A DNA stretch of 20,000 nt from Deltaproteobacteria bacterium (GTDB taxonomy: Bacteria > JAGRBM01 > JAHCIT01). The translations under genes were made by a program, and so were the position numbers. The notes beneath the pieces were generated by a model, which saw nothing but the letters and a program-made list of their open reading frames with translations, searched no databases and was not told where the DNA came from. Below are positions 1 through 8,657 of the stretch, piece by piece (positions within the stretch are counted from its first letter, which is position 1; each line of letters starts with the position of its first letter). The stretch is from NCBI GenBank assembly GCA_026129095.1, contig JAHCIT010000010.1:114200-134199 (forward strand), given 5' to 3'.

Positions 1-1
1 C

Positions 2-496
2 ATGTGTTTGCTGCTTGCTGCCGGGTCAGCCGGCGCGAAAATGTACAAATATACTGATGATGACGGGCAAGTACATGTCGTCGATTCCATGAACAAGGTG
101 CCACCGAAATACCGGCAGCAGATGGAACTCCGCCGTCCGGCTGGAGTGCCGTCTGCTCCACCCGCCGAGGAGGCAAAGACGGAGGGCGGAGAGGAGGGCG
201 CCGCCAAACCGGCCGAGGGGGAAGCTGCCAAGGAAGGCGAGAAGAAGCCGGATGGTCCGGTCAAAGATGAAAAATACTGGCGGGGGCGGATCGAGAAGTG
301 CGAGCGCGACCTCCGTACGGTCGAGCACCGCGAGGGTCTGCTCAGTGAGGAACTCACGGGTGCCGAGGCCGGTGCCGAGGAGCGTTTCAAGGAACTCGAA
401 AAGACCCGGGCGCAGCTCCAGGATTTCAGGCGGCAGTGCGCCGCCATCCGTGAGGAAGGGCGCAAGGCCGGAGCACCTGCGGGCTGGCTCCGCTGA
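2..496 (+). CDS. DUF4124-domain secreted protein with C-terminal coiled coil (possibly 5'-truncated)
   Basis: Signal-peptide end (LLLAAGSAGA), then DUF4124-like MYKYTDDDGQVHVVDSMNKVPPKYR, an acidic Pro/Ala linker and a helical hairpin from KDEKYWR to EEGRKAGAPAGWLR. The true start may lie upstream of the window. Confidence 0.75.
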   Translation: MCLLLAAGSAGAKMYKYTDDDGQVHVVDSMNKVPPKYRQQMELRRPAGVPSAPPAEEAKTEGGEEGAAKPAEGEAAKEGEKKPDGPVKDEKYWRGRIEKCERDLRTVEHREGLLSEELTGAEAGAEERFKELEKTRAQLQDFRRQCAAIREEGRKAGAPAGWLR

Positions 497-588
497 CAAT
501 GGAAGAAGGGCAGGGCCGCCCTTCATTGAGTTTGATTCAGGCGCCGCCGGAATATCCGGCGGCGCTGTCATTTGAGGCAGGTATCGGG

Positions 589-2331
589 ATGGAAGCCGTA
601 CGTTTCTGGTGCAGGGAGCCGCTCCGCATGCTGGCACTGGTTGTGGCCCTGTCAATGGTGCCGGTGCTGGAGGCCCGTGCCAGCCAGATAGGCATCGGCG
701 GTTATGAAGCCTCCGGAGTGGGTGATGCCGGAACCATTGCGAAGTTCCAGTCGGAGTTCGAGAAGGCGCTCCGGGAGGCGGGGATTGCGCCGGTTTCACT
801 CGCCATGCAGCGGCCGTGCCCGGATATCGGGTGCTGGGCCGCCCGCGCCCGTGCGCAGGGCGTCCAGCAGTTCATCCTGGTGGACATTGAGGGTTTCCGT
901 TCGTCGGGATTCGTGGTGACCGCCAAGGTATACGAGGTCCGGCGCGGCTCGCAACTGTTCCGGGAAAAGACGGAAATCCCCGACACCGTGCAGTCTGAGC
1001 TGCTTCTGACGCGGATGGTCGCGGCCATTGTCCGGCAGATCGGTGGCGGCTCCGCCGGTTCTGATCCGTCGGCAGCCAAGCGCAAGTCTCAGGTCCGTGT
1101 GCTGGGAATCCCGCCGGGGCGGGGCGTGTTGCTGAACAACATTCCGCTCTCGGAGCCGGACCGGCCGCTCACCGTGGAACCCGGCCGCCAGCGGCTCGTC
1201 ATCAGCGCCGGTGACGGGGCTAAGTCCCGCGAGTTCGATGTCCTTCCGGGCGAGATGTATACGCTGGAGTTCACGTCGCTGGATGACATGCAGGCGGTTG
1301 ACCCGGCCTCGCTGGCTGCCGTTCTGGAACTCCGGAGCCTTCCGACGGACGCACGGGTCCGGCTGGATGGAACCGACCTTCCCAACCAGGCCACCCATGA
1401 AATCATGGCAGGAGCACACACACTCGTCATCGAGCGGCTTGGATACGAGAAGATGGAACTCCCTTTCCGTGCGAATCCCGGCCAGCAGGTGCTGGTACCG
1501 GTGGCTCTGGTCCCGCTGGGCGGTCCGGTTCCGGCGCAGCAGGCGGCGCAGGATCCCGGCCTCCGGCAGCGGGTCGGCCTGCTACCGGTGACGGGCAGCC
1601 TCGACGGGATTCTGCAGGAACGGGTCATGGACGCCGCCCGGTATGCCGGTGAACTCGCTGCCAAGGTCCAGTACGTGAGCCCCGAACAGGTAGCCGCCGC
1701 CCTCGGCATGGAACCGGTGCGACTCGCATCCGAAAACCAGAAATGCGTGACCGGACTGTGCACGTCGAAGCTCCTGAAACCGGCGGCACTTGCCCGCTAT
1801 GTGGATATCCGGGTGCGCCAGTCCGGTCCGGACTGGGTGGTGCGGGCCGTGCTGTATTCCACGGTGCAGGGCGAACGGGTTGATGGCATTGAAATCCCCT
1901 ACGGCGGATCGAGTGCGGATCTGCCGTGGATCGTGTTCGATGCCGTGCGGCACCTGCTCGGTGATGCCGACATGGCTGGAATGACACGGATCGAAATCCC
2001 GGCGGCAGCAGAAGACCTCGCCGAGGATTTTTCGGTCGTCCTGAACGGGGCTCCGCTCACGTTCAGTCCGGATGAAAGCGGCCGCCAGGTCAGCCGCGAG
2101 GTGACGTCCGGCCAGGGCCGGCTTGCCGTGACTGCCGGCGGCGAAACCGCCGAAAGGCGGATCTGGCTGCGGACCGGTGTGCCGTTTGTGCTGGAACTGG
2201 CAGCTTCTCGAACCGATGGAGGCGAGCCGGAGCCGGCTATTGTCCGCCCACCGCCCCCTTCTCCCGCCAGCGCCAAGGCTGTTGATGGCAAGGGCAAGGG
2301 AAAAAACGGGAAAACACAGAAGACAAACTGA
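589..2331 (+). CDS. Secreted PEGA-domain protein with two Cys-containing alpha/beta domains
   Basis: ORF is open from 499. ATG 589 (or 628) gives a signal peptide LALVVALSMVPVLEARA. PEGA-like repeats include LELRSLPTDARVRLDG...AGAHTLVIERLGYE and VRVLGIPPGRGVLLNN...PGRQRLVIS. Start uncertain. Confidence 0.75.
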   Translation: MEAVRFWCREPLRMLALVVALSMVPVLEARASQIGIGGYEASGVGDAGTIAKFQSEFEKALREAGIAPVSLAMQRPCPDIGCWAARARAQGVQQFILVDIEGFRSSGFVVTAKVYEVRRGSQLFREKTEIPDTVQSELLLTRMVAAIVRQIGGGSAGSDPSAAKRKSQVRVLGIPPGRGVLLNNIPLSEPDRPLTVEPGRQRLVISAGDGAKSREFDVLPGEMYTLEFTSLDDMQAVDPASLAAVLELRSLPTDARVRLDGTDLPNQATHEIMAGAHTLVIERLGYEKMELPFRANPGQQVLVPVALVPLGGPVPAQQAAQDPGLRQRVGLLPVTGSLDGILQERVMDAARYAGELAAKVQYVSPEQVAAALGMEPVRLASENQKCVTGLCTSKLLKPAALARYVDIRVRQSGPDWVVRAVLYSTVQGERVDGIEIPYGGSSADLPWIVFDAVRHLLGDADMAGMTRIEIPAAAEDLAEDFSVVLNGAPLTFSPDESGRQVSREVTSGQGRLAVTAGGETAERRIWLRTGVPFVLELAASRTDGGEPEPAIVRPPPPSPASAKAVDGKGKGKNGKTQKTN

Positions 2332-2334
2332 CCG

Positions 2335-2739
2335 CTACTCTTCGCTCTCCAGGTGTTCGATCAGTTCCCGGTATTCCTCGGCAGTCTTGAGATCCTTGAT
2401 CTCGGAAGCGTCGTCAGGCGTCAGGGTGAACAGCCATCCGTCTTCCCACGGATCATCCACCAGCAGCGAGGGGTTTTCTATCAGGTCGGAGTTGACCGCC
2501 TGGACCTCCCCGGTGAGAGGGGCGATCAGCTCGGTTGAGCCTTTCTCTTCGCTTTCCAGTTCGCCGCAGTCGCCGCTGGCCTCCACGGCATCGCCCTCGG
2601 CCGGCAATGTTATGGAGAGGATCTCCCCCAGCCGCTCGGCAGCGAAAGCAGTAATACCGATGCGCACGGTCGAGTCATCCTCGATATCGCACCAGAAATG
2701 ATCCTCGGTATATTTGAGATGCTTGGGAACCTTTGCCAT
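2335..2739 (-). CDS. gcvH: Glycine cleavage H-protein family (lipoyl-carrier-like) protein with atypical lipoyl loop
   Basis: KYTEDHFW, VRIGIT, LGEI...LP, APLTGEVQAVNSDL..NPSLLVDDPWEDGWLF are H-protein signatures. ATG at 2739 gives 134 aa. Confidence 0.85.
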   Translation of the reverse strand: MAKVPKHLKYTEDHFWCDIEDDSTVRIGITAFAAERLGEILSITLPAEGDAVEASGDCGELESEEKGSTELIAPLTGEVQAVNSDLIENPSLLVDDPWEDGWLFTLTPDDASEIKDLKTAEEYRELIEHLESEE

Positions 2740-2749
2740 GACGGGGCGA

Positions 2750-2778
2750 CGGATAATTGCGCTCTGCGCCGGGGTCAA
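2750..2778 (-). promoter_or_regulatory. Putative sigma70-type promoter for gcvH-like gene
   Basis: TTGACC-N17-TATCCG, ending 10 nt before the ATG and lying just downstream of the dnaK terminator. Confidence 0.35.
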
Positions 2779-2790
2779 GAAGGGCTGGCG

Positions 2791-2831
2791 AAAAGCAGGA
2801 ACGGCGGTCCACTTGGGGGCCGCCGTTCCTG
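2791..2831 (-). terminator. Intrinsic terminator of dnaK
   Basis: Perfect 12-bp inverted repeat CAGGAACGGCGG (2796-2807) / CCGCCGTTCCTG (2820-2831), followed by CTTTT on the minus strand, 17 nt after the dnaK stop. Confidence 0.8.
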
Positions 2832-2848
2832 AAGCCTGATAGTAGGGC

Positions 2849-4762
2849 TTAGTTCACGTCGCGGAAGTCGGCATCGACGACCTTGCCGTCCTTGCCGGTC
2901 TTCTCCTCTGCTGCGGGCTCGCCGTTGCCGCCGCCGGGAGGCGGCGTACCTGCGGCCTGGGCGTTCTTGTACATCAGCTCGGCAGCTTTGTGGGAAACCC
3001 GGGTCAGTTCCTCGTTGGCCGCACGGATCTTGTCCGCGTCGCGTGAGTCGAGCGCCACCTTGGCATCGGCGACGGCCTTTTCGATCTCGACCACTTCCGT
3101 AGCCGGCAGCTTTTCCTTGTTATCGGCCAGCAGCTTTTCCAGCTGCGCGACCGAGCCGTCGAGCCGGTTGCGCTCATCGATCTCCTCGCGCCGTTTCTTG
3201 TCCTCGGCCGCATTTGCTTCGGCATCCTTGACCATCTTGTCGATCTCGTCCTTCGACAGGCCGCTCGACGCGGTGATCTTGATCTGCTGTTCCTTGCCCG
3301 TGGCACGGTCCTTGGCTGAAACCGACAGGATGCCGTTGGCATCGAGGTCGAAGGTGACCTCGATCTGTGGCACCCCGCGAGGGGCTTGTGGCAGTCCGGT
3401 CAGATGGAACCGGCCCAGGGTCTTGTTGTGCTCGGCCAGTTCGCGCTCGCCCTGGAGGACGTGGATCTCCACCGATGTCTGGCTGTCTGAAGCGGTGGAG
3501 AACACCTCGGTCTTGCGGGTCGGGATGGTCGTATTCCGCTCGATCAGCTTGGTGCTGACGCCGCCCAGCGTTTCGATGCCGAGCGACAGTGGCGTCACGT
3601 CGAGGAGGAGCACGTCCTTCACCGACTTGTCGCCCTGTAGCACGCCGCCCTGGATCGCCGCACCCACAGCGACCACCTCATCGGGGTTCACCGAACGGTT
3701 GGGCTCCTTGCCGAAGAACTTCTTGACCGCTTCGATCACCATCGGTGTGCGGGTGGATCCGCCCACCATTACCACCTCGTCGATCTGGCTGGTGGAAAGC
3801 CCTGCGTCGGCCAGAGCCTTGCGGCAGGGTTCCAACGTGCGCTCGACGAGGGGGCGGACCATTTCCTCGAACCGGGCGCGGGTCAGTGTCACGTTGAGAT
3901 GCTTGGGGCCAGTGTTGTCGGCGGTTAGAAACGGCAGGCTGACCTCCGTCTCCTTGGTGGAGGACAGTTCGATCTTGGCCTTTTCAGCCGCTTCCTTGAG
4001 CCGCTGCATGACCATCGGATCGTTCGAGACGTCCATGCCGTTGCTCTTCTTGAACTCGTCCACAAGCCACTGCATGACCACATGGTCGAAATCGTCGCCG
4101 CCGAGCAGCGTGTCGCCGTTGGTGGCCTTCACCTCGACAACGCCGTCACCCACTTCGAGCACGGAGATATCGAAAGTGCCGCCGCCAAGGTCATAGACAG
4201 CGATCTTTTCTTCTTTCTTCTTGTCGATTCCGTAGGCGAGGGCTGCTGCCGTCGGCTCGTTGATGATCCGCTTGACGTCGAGGCCAGCGATGCGCCCGGC
4301 ATCCTTGGTTGCCTGGCGCTGCGAATCGTTGAAGTAGGCCGGAACGGTGATAACGGCTTCGGTCACGGGCTCGCCAAGATAGGCCTCGGCAGCCGCCTTG
4401 AGTTTGCCGAGCACCTGCGCACTCACTTCCGGCGGCGCCAGCTTGCGGTCATGGACCTTGAACCACACGTCGCCATTGTCGGCGCCGATGAGCTGGTAGG
4501 GAACCTTCTTTTCCCGCTCGGGGATTTCCTTCATCTTGCGGCCGATGAACCGCTTGGACGAATAGATCGTGTTCTGCGGGTTCATGATCGCCTGACGGCG
4601 GGCAGCCTGCCCCGCGATGATCTCGCCATCCTTTGTGTAGGCAACCACGGACGGGGTTGTCCGCGAGCCCTCCTGGTTGGCGATCACCTTCGCCTCGCCG
4701 CCTTCCATCACGGCGACGCACGAATTGGTCGTGCCGAGGTCGATACCGATCATCTTGCCCAT
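2849..4762 (-). CDS. dnaK: Molecular chaperone DnaK (Hsp70)
   Basis: [59 protein letters not shown] and C-terminal VVDADF. ATG at 4762 gives 637 aa. Confidence 0.99.
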   Translation of the reverse strand: MGKMIGIDLGTTNSCVAVMEGGEAKVIANQEGSRTTPSVVAYTKDGEIIAGQAARRQAIMNPQNTIYSSKRFIGRKMKEIPEREKKVPYQLIGADNGDVWFKVHDRKLAPPEVSAQVLGKLKAAAEAYLGEPVTEAVITVPAYFNDSQRQATKDAGRIAGLDVKRIINEPTAAALAYGIDKKKEEKIAVYDLGGGTFDISVLEVGDGVVEVKATNGDTLLGGDDFDHVVMQWLVDEFKKSNGMDVSNDPMVMQRLKEAAEKAKIELSSTKETEVSLPFLTADNTGPKHLNVTLTRARFEEMVRPLVERTLEPCRKALADAGLSTSQIDEVVMVGGSTRTPMVIEAVKKFFGKEPNRSVNPDEVVAVGAAIQGGVLQGDKSVKDVLLLDVTPLSLGIETLGGVSTKLIERNTTIPTRKTEVFSTASDSQTSVEIHVLQGERELAEHNKTLGRFHLTGLPQAPRGVPQIEVTFDLDANGILSVSAKDRATGKEQQIKITASSGLSKDEIDKMVKDAEANAAEDKKRREEIDERNRLDGSVAQLEKLLADNKEKLPATEVVEIEKAVADAKVALDSRDADKIRAANEELTRVSHKAAELMYKNAQAAGTPPPGGGNGEPAAEEKTGKDGKVVDADFRDVN

Positions 4763-4823
4763 TGCCTTTATGCCTGCCTCTCTGTGAAATCTTGGGCGGA
4801 ACTGCGGCCGTCCCGTCCGCCGT

Positions 4824-4851
4824 AAACTAAGCACCTGACCGGTGGCGTCAA
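4824..4851 (-). promoter_or_regulatory. Putative sigma70-type promoter of dnaK
   Basis: TTGACG-N16-TAGTTT on the minus strand, about 60 nt upstream of the ATG. Confidence 0.45.
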
Positions 4852-4888
4852 GGGAAACGGGGCGTATTATTTCGGGAAGCGCCGCCTG

Positions 4889-4915
4889 TTTTTTCTTAAC
4901 TATTTCAACAGGTTA
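4889..4915 (+). promoter_or_regulatory. Putative IHF-binding site in the dnaK/ilvE divergent region
   Basis: TTTCAACAGGTTA (4903-4915) matches WATCAANNNNTTR with one mismatch and is preceded by a T-tract (4889-4894). Confidence 0.4.
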
Positions 4916-4951
4916 GGGAGCCCCTTTAGGCCCCTTCCCCGGTCCGGGCCT

Positions 4952-4980
4952 TTGCGCGTTGCGCTAAACCCGTATAAAAG
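4952..4980 (+). promoter_or_regulatory. Putative promoter of ilvE
   Basis: TTGCGC-N17-TAAAAG, with an overlapping TATAAA at 4973-4978. Confidence 0.4.
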
Positions 4981-5035
4981 TGGTTTCCCGCCCGGAACAG
5001 GCGGAAAACCCAAACCGCACGGAACCCTCACGACT

Positions 5036-5953
5036 ATGGTGGACAAGCTCAAGAAAATCTGGATGAACGGCAAGCTGGTGGACTGGGACAATGCCCAGGT
5101 CCATGTGCTGTCCCATGCCCTGCACTACGGAACGAGCGTATTCGAGGGCGTCCGGTCGTACGAGCTGGCTGATGGGGGACGGGGCGTGTTCCGGCTCAAG
5201 GAACACACCAAACGCCTGTTCGAGTCGGCCCGGATCCTCCTGATGACGATCCCGTATACCGAGGACCAGATCAATGATGCGATTCTGGAAACCCTGAAGG
5301 CGAACGACGTGAAGGGTGCCTATATCCGCCCGATCGCGTTTATCGGCGAGGGGGCCATGGGCCTGTATGCCGTAAACAATCCGGTCACCGTGTCGATTTC
5401 CTGCTGGGTGTGGGGTGCCTACCTGGGGGAGGAGGGCGTCCGTAACGGTATTCGCGGCAAGGTGTCCTCCTATGCGCGGATGCACGTCAACACGCATATG
5501 ACCAAATCCAAGGCCGGCGGGAACTACATCAACTCGATCCTCGCCAAGCGCGAGGTGTCGCTTGCCGGTTACGAGGAAGCGATCATGCTTGACACGGACG
5601 GCTACGTGTCTGAGTGCTCTGGTGAGAACATCTATGTCGTCAAGGACGGCGTGATCAAAACCCCGCCCCTTACCGCCGTGCTGAACGGCATCACGCGTAA
5701 TTCGGTCATCCGAATCGCCAGGGACGAGGGACTCACGCTCGTGGAGGGCCGGTTCACCCGGGACGAGATGTACGTGGCCGACGAGGTGTTCATGAGCGGC
5801 ACGGCGGCGGAACTGACGCCGATCCGCGAGATTGACGACCGTCCGGTCGGAACGGGCAAACCGGGACCGGTGACGAAGCTGCTCCAGGAACGTTACCGGC
5901 AGGCAGTCACGGGTGCGCTCCCCAAGTATGCCGACTGGGTGACCCGTTTCTAG
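5036..5953 (+). CDS. ilvE: Branched-chain amino acid aminotransferase (class IV PLP)
   Basis: IWMNGKLVDWDNAQVHVLSHALHYGTSVFEGVRSY, KAGGNY (PLP Lys), ECSGENI, LNGITR, DEVFMSGTAAELTPI. ATG at 5036 gives 305 aa. Confidence 0.97.
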   Translation: MVDKLKKIWMNGKLVDWDNAQVHVLSHALHYGTSVFEGVRSYELADGGRGVFRLKEHTKRLFESARILLMTIPYTEDQINDAILETLKANDVKGAYIRPIAFIGEGAMGLYAVNNPVTVSISCWVWGAYLGEEGVRNGIRGKVSSYARMHVNTHMTKSKAGGNYINSILAKREVSLAGYEEAIMLDTDGYVSECSGENIYVVKDGVIKTPPLTAVLNGITRNSVIRIARDEGLTLVEGRFTRDEMYVADEVFMSGTAAELTPIREIDDRPVGTGKPGPVTKLLQERYRQAVTGALPKYADWVTRF

Positions 5954-6069
5954 GCGGCAGGTTCCCGGGCGGATAGCGGAAAACCCTGCGTCTTTCAGGT
6001 TCCATCCGGAACCGGGATAATCAGATCTGTGCCGGACTGTTCGTCTGCCGGCGTTAAGGAGAAACGGCT

Positions 6070-6891
6070 GTGAAGAATCTCAGGGGCAAACTTGCGGTTG
6101 TGACCGGCGCATCGAGCGGCATCGGCCGGGCGACGGCATTGGCGCTGGCGGACAGGGGTTGCGATCTGGCGCTGGCGGACGTGAACGAGGCTGGCCTCGC
6201 CGAGACGGCGAAACTCGTTGCCTCCAGCGGGAGCAAGGTGAGCCGGCATCTGGTGGATGTGGCCCGGAAGGACCTGATGGAACTGTTCGCCGCCGAGGTT
6301 GCCAGGACCCACGGCCGGGTGAATATCGTCATCAACAATGCCGGTGTATCGGTCACAGCACCGTTCGAAAAACACACGCTCGAGGATTTCGAATGGATCG
6401 TCGGGATCAACTTCTGGGGCGTCGTTTACGGCTGCAAGTTCTTCCTTCCGCACCTGAAAGCGGCGGGTGAGGGCCATATCGTCAATATTTCCAGCGTGTT
6501 TGGCCTGATCGGGCTGCCATCGCAGTCATCCTATGCCGCGACCAAGTTCGCCGTCCGGGGATTCAGTGAATCGCTCCGGGCCGAACTCACGGGCCAGAAT
6601 ATCGGCGTTACCTGCGTTCACCCCGGCGGAATCAATACCAACATCGTCAAGAGCGCCCGGTTCTCCGAGGAGATGGCCCAGCAGATGCGCGTCAAGGCCG
6701 TGAAGTTCTTCGAGACGAAAGCCCTGCCGCCCTCGTCTGTGGCGAACGCGATCGTCCGGGGCATCCGGAACAATGAGGCACGGGTGCTGGTGGCCCGCGA
6801 GACGTTCGCCATTGATCTGGTGAAACGGGTATTCCCGGTCTGGGCGAGCGAACTGGTCGGCCGGAACCGGGACCGTTTCATGGGCAAGTAG
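6070..6891 (+). CDS. Short-chain dehydrogenase/reductase (classical SDR)
   Basis: TGASSGIG, INNAG, NISS, YAATK. Shine-Dalgarno AAGGAG precedes the GTG start. Confidence 0.95.
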   Translation: MKNLRGKLAVVTGASSGIGRATALALADRGCDLALADVNEAGLAETAKLVASSGSKVSRHLVDVARKDLMELFAAEVARTHGRVNIVINNAGVSVTAPFEKHTLEDFEWIVGINFWGVVYGCKFFLPHLKAAGEGHIVNISSVFGLIGLPSQSSYAATKFAVRGFSESLRAELTGQNIGVTCVHPGGINTNIVKSARFSEEMAQQMRVKAVKFFETKALPPSSVANAIVRGIRNNEARVLVARETFAIDLVKRVFPVWASELVGRNRDRFMGK

Positions 6892-7043
6892 CCTGCATAA
6901 AAGCCTATAAGCACCCGCCCGCCGGGCATCACCCTTGCCAGGACGGCCTGGAAGGACGAGTTTAATCCTTGTGGAGATGATACCGGTGCTGTGACGGGAA
7001 TCATCTTCGGGAAACGTACCGGAAAGTAGTCTGTCAGCTGACC

Positions 7044-8258
7044 ATGCCGCTGTTTGATTTCAAATCGGTCGATTCGCGCGGGCATCCCTATGAGGGGCGA
7101 ATGGCTGCCGCGTCCGCATCGGAAGTGCGGGAGACTCTTGAAGGACGGGGTTTTGTCCGGATTTCGGTCCAGGAATACACGCAGGACGACAGGATCCCGC
7201 CTGCTGCCGCCCCCGTCCGCCAGATGGGCCGCCTCAGCCGGGGCGAAGTGGACCGGATGGAGGGGCCCGACAACCCGGCCCCCGGTATTGACCTTGAGAC
7301 GATCGGCACAAGCGATGCCGAAAACGCCGAAATACGCACCGTCATGCAGGGGTTACGCCGGAGCGCACTCTGGTTCCTGGCGCTCCGCATGGCGATTTTC
7401 GGGCTTGTCGCGCTGCTGCTGGCTGCGGGCATGGGGGTGGTGGATATCTCAGTGCCTGACCAGACGGTTCTCTTTGTAATCGCGCTGGTCCTGTTGGTGG
7501 TTCAGTTCGCGCTGGTCCGGTCGGCCCGGCGGGGTCCGCTTGCGCCGCTCGCCGAGTGGCAGCGTTTGAGGCAGAAGGCCCAGTACCGGAAAGCCGCCAT
7601 GCTCCTGGAGCGGGTGCATTCACAGTCGGTATTCATCCGCCGTGTGCTGCCCGAGGGGTATTACCACGGCGAACTGGCGATCCTGTATGCGATGGATGGC
7701 GACCGCTCCCGCGCATTCGAGGAACTCGCCCGCGCCGAGGCGGCCCGGCTGAGGGAACCGTTCCTTTCCTACCGAAAGGCGACCGTTTACCGGGCATTGA
7801 AGGAGTTTGCTGAAGCCGAGCAGCATTACCGGCGGGCACTGGAGATCGATCCCGGCTCGTCGATGCTCCGGGCCGAACTGGCCCTGCTCTATCTGGAGGC
7901 CGGACGGGATTTCGACCAGGCCGAAAACCTGCTCAAGGAGGCGCTCACGCAGGGGGGCTCTCCGCGCAGCATTGGCCTCCTGACCGGGTATCTCGGAGCG
8001 GTGTCATTCCGCCGAGGTCGGATTGACGAGGCGGACCGGAACATTGAGGAGGGGCTGAGGAACCTGATGCCGATACGGGGCCTGTCACCGCTCTCTGGTG
8101 TCGCTGCCGAGCTTTTCTACTACCGGGCGCTCGTCCAGAAGGCCCTTGGACACCGGCGGCGTGCGCTTCGGGCGCTCCGCCAGGCACGGAAGAATACCCA
8201 CGATCCACAGCTCCTGAGCCGCATTTCCAGTGCTGAAAAGGAGATACGGGGCACCTGA
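7044..8258 (+). CDS. Membrane-anchored TPR-repeat protein with PilC/GspF-like N-terminal segment
   Basis: Two hydrophobic helices (about aa 109-157), then TPR-like repeats (FAEAEQHYRRALEIDP, FDQAENLLKEAL, LFYYRALVQKALG). Confidence 0.8.
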   Translation: MPLFDFKSVDSRGHPYEGRMAAASASEVRETLEGRGFVRISVQEYTQDDRIPPAAAPVRQMGRLSRGEVDRMEGPDNPAPGIDLETIGTSDAENAEIRTVMQGLRRSALWFLALRMAIFGLVALLLAAGMGVVDISVPDQTVLFVIALVLLVVQFALVRSARRGPLAPLAEWQRLRQKAQYRKAAMLLERVHSQSVFIRRVLPEGYYHGELAILYAMDGDRSRAFEELARAEAARLREPFLSYRKATVYRALKEFAEAEQHYRRALEIDPGSSMLRAELALLYLEAGRDFDQAENLLKEALTQGGSPRSIGLLTGYLGAVSFRRGRIDEADRNIEEGLRNLMPIRGLSPLSGVAAELFYYRALVQKALGHRRRALRALRQARKNTHDPQLLSRISSAEKEIRGT

Positions 8259-8294
8259 ATTCCCTTGGTGCCTGCCAGTTGTTACTACTACGCA

Positions 8295-8615
8295 ATGACC
8301 GAATCCGAATATCTGATAGCCGTTGATGATTTCCTGCGACGCATCGAGGATGCCGTCGATGCGCTGGGCCGCGAGGATATCGAACTGTCGCCCGGCGACG
8401 GCAAGCTCTCCATTGATTTCGAGGACGGCAGCAAGCTGATCCTGAGCCGCCAGCGGGCCGTGCAGCAGATCTGGCTCGCCGAGCCCAGGGGCGGCTGGCA
8501 CTATTCGGCCGGAAGCGGAGGCCGCTGGCTGTGTGACAAGCGGGGGACGGATCTCGTGCGAGATCTGGAAACGCTTGTCGGTGCCAGGCTGGGTAAGCCG
8601 GTAAAGCTCGAATAG
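8295..8615 (+). CDS. cyaY: Iron donor protein CyaY (frataxin family)
   Basis: MTESEY...DGKLSIDFEDGSKLILSRQRAVQQIWLAEPRGGWHY matches the frataxin signature. 106 aa. Confidence 0.93.
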   Translation: MTESEYLIAVDDFLRRIEDAVDALGREDIELSPGDGKLSIDFEDGSKLILSRQRAVQQIWLAEPRGGWHYSAGSGGRWLCDKRGTDLVRDLETLVGARLGKPVKLE

Positions 8616-8621
8616 GCCCGA

Positions 8622-8651
8622 TTGTCCCCGCAGGGCAATCCCGCCTACACT
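8622..8651 (+). promoter_or_regulatory. Putative leaderless promoter for the small ORF
   Basis: TTGTCC-N18-TACACT, with the -10 box ending 6 nt before ATG 8658 and no Shine-Dalgarno. Confidence 0.45.
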
Positions 8652-8657
8652 TCCTCC

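Noticed and set aside
2883..4825. Long plus-strand ORFs (437 aa and 247 aa) antisense to dnaK
   Set aside because: Shadow ORFs caused by codon bias in a GC-rich, highly expressed gene. Antisense-dnaK ORFs are a known annotation artefact.
4828..4854. Possible CIRCE element (TAAGCACCT...) upstream of dnaK
   Set aside because: Only one degenerate half-site; there is no GAGTGCTAA arm at 9-nt spacing.
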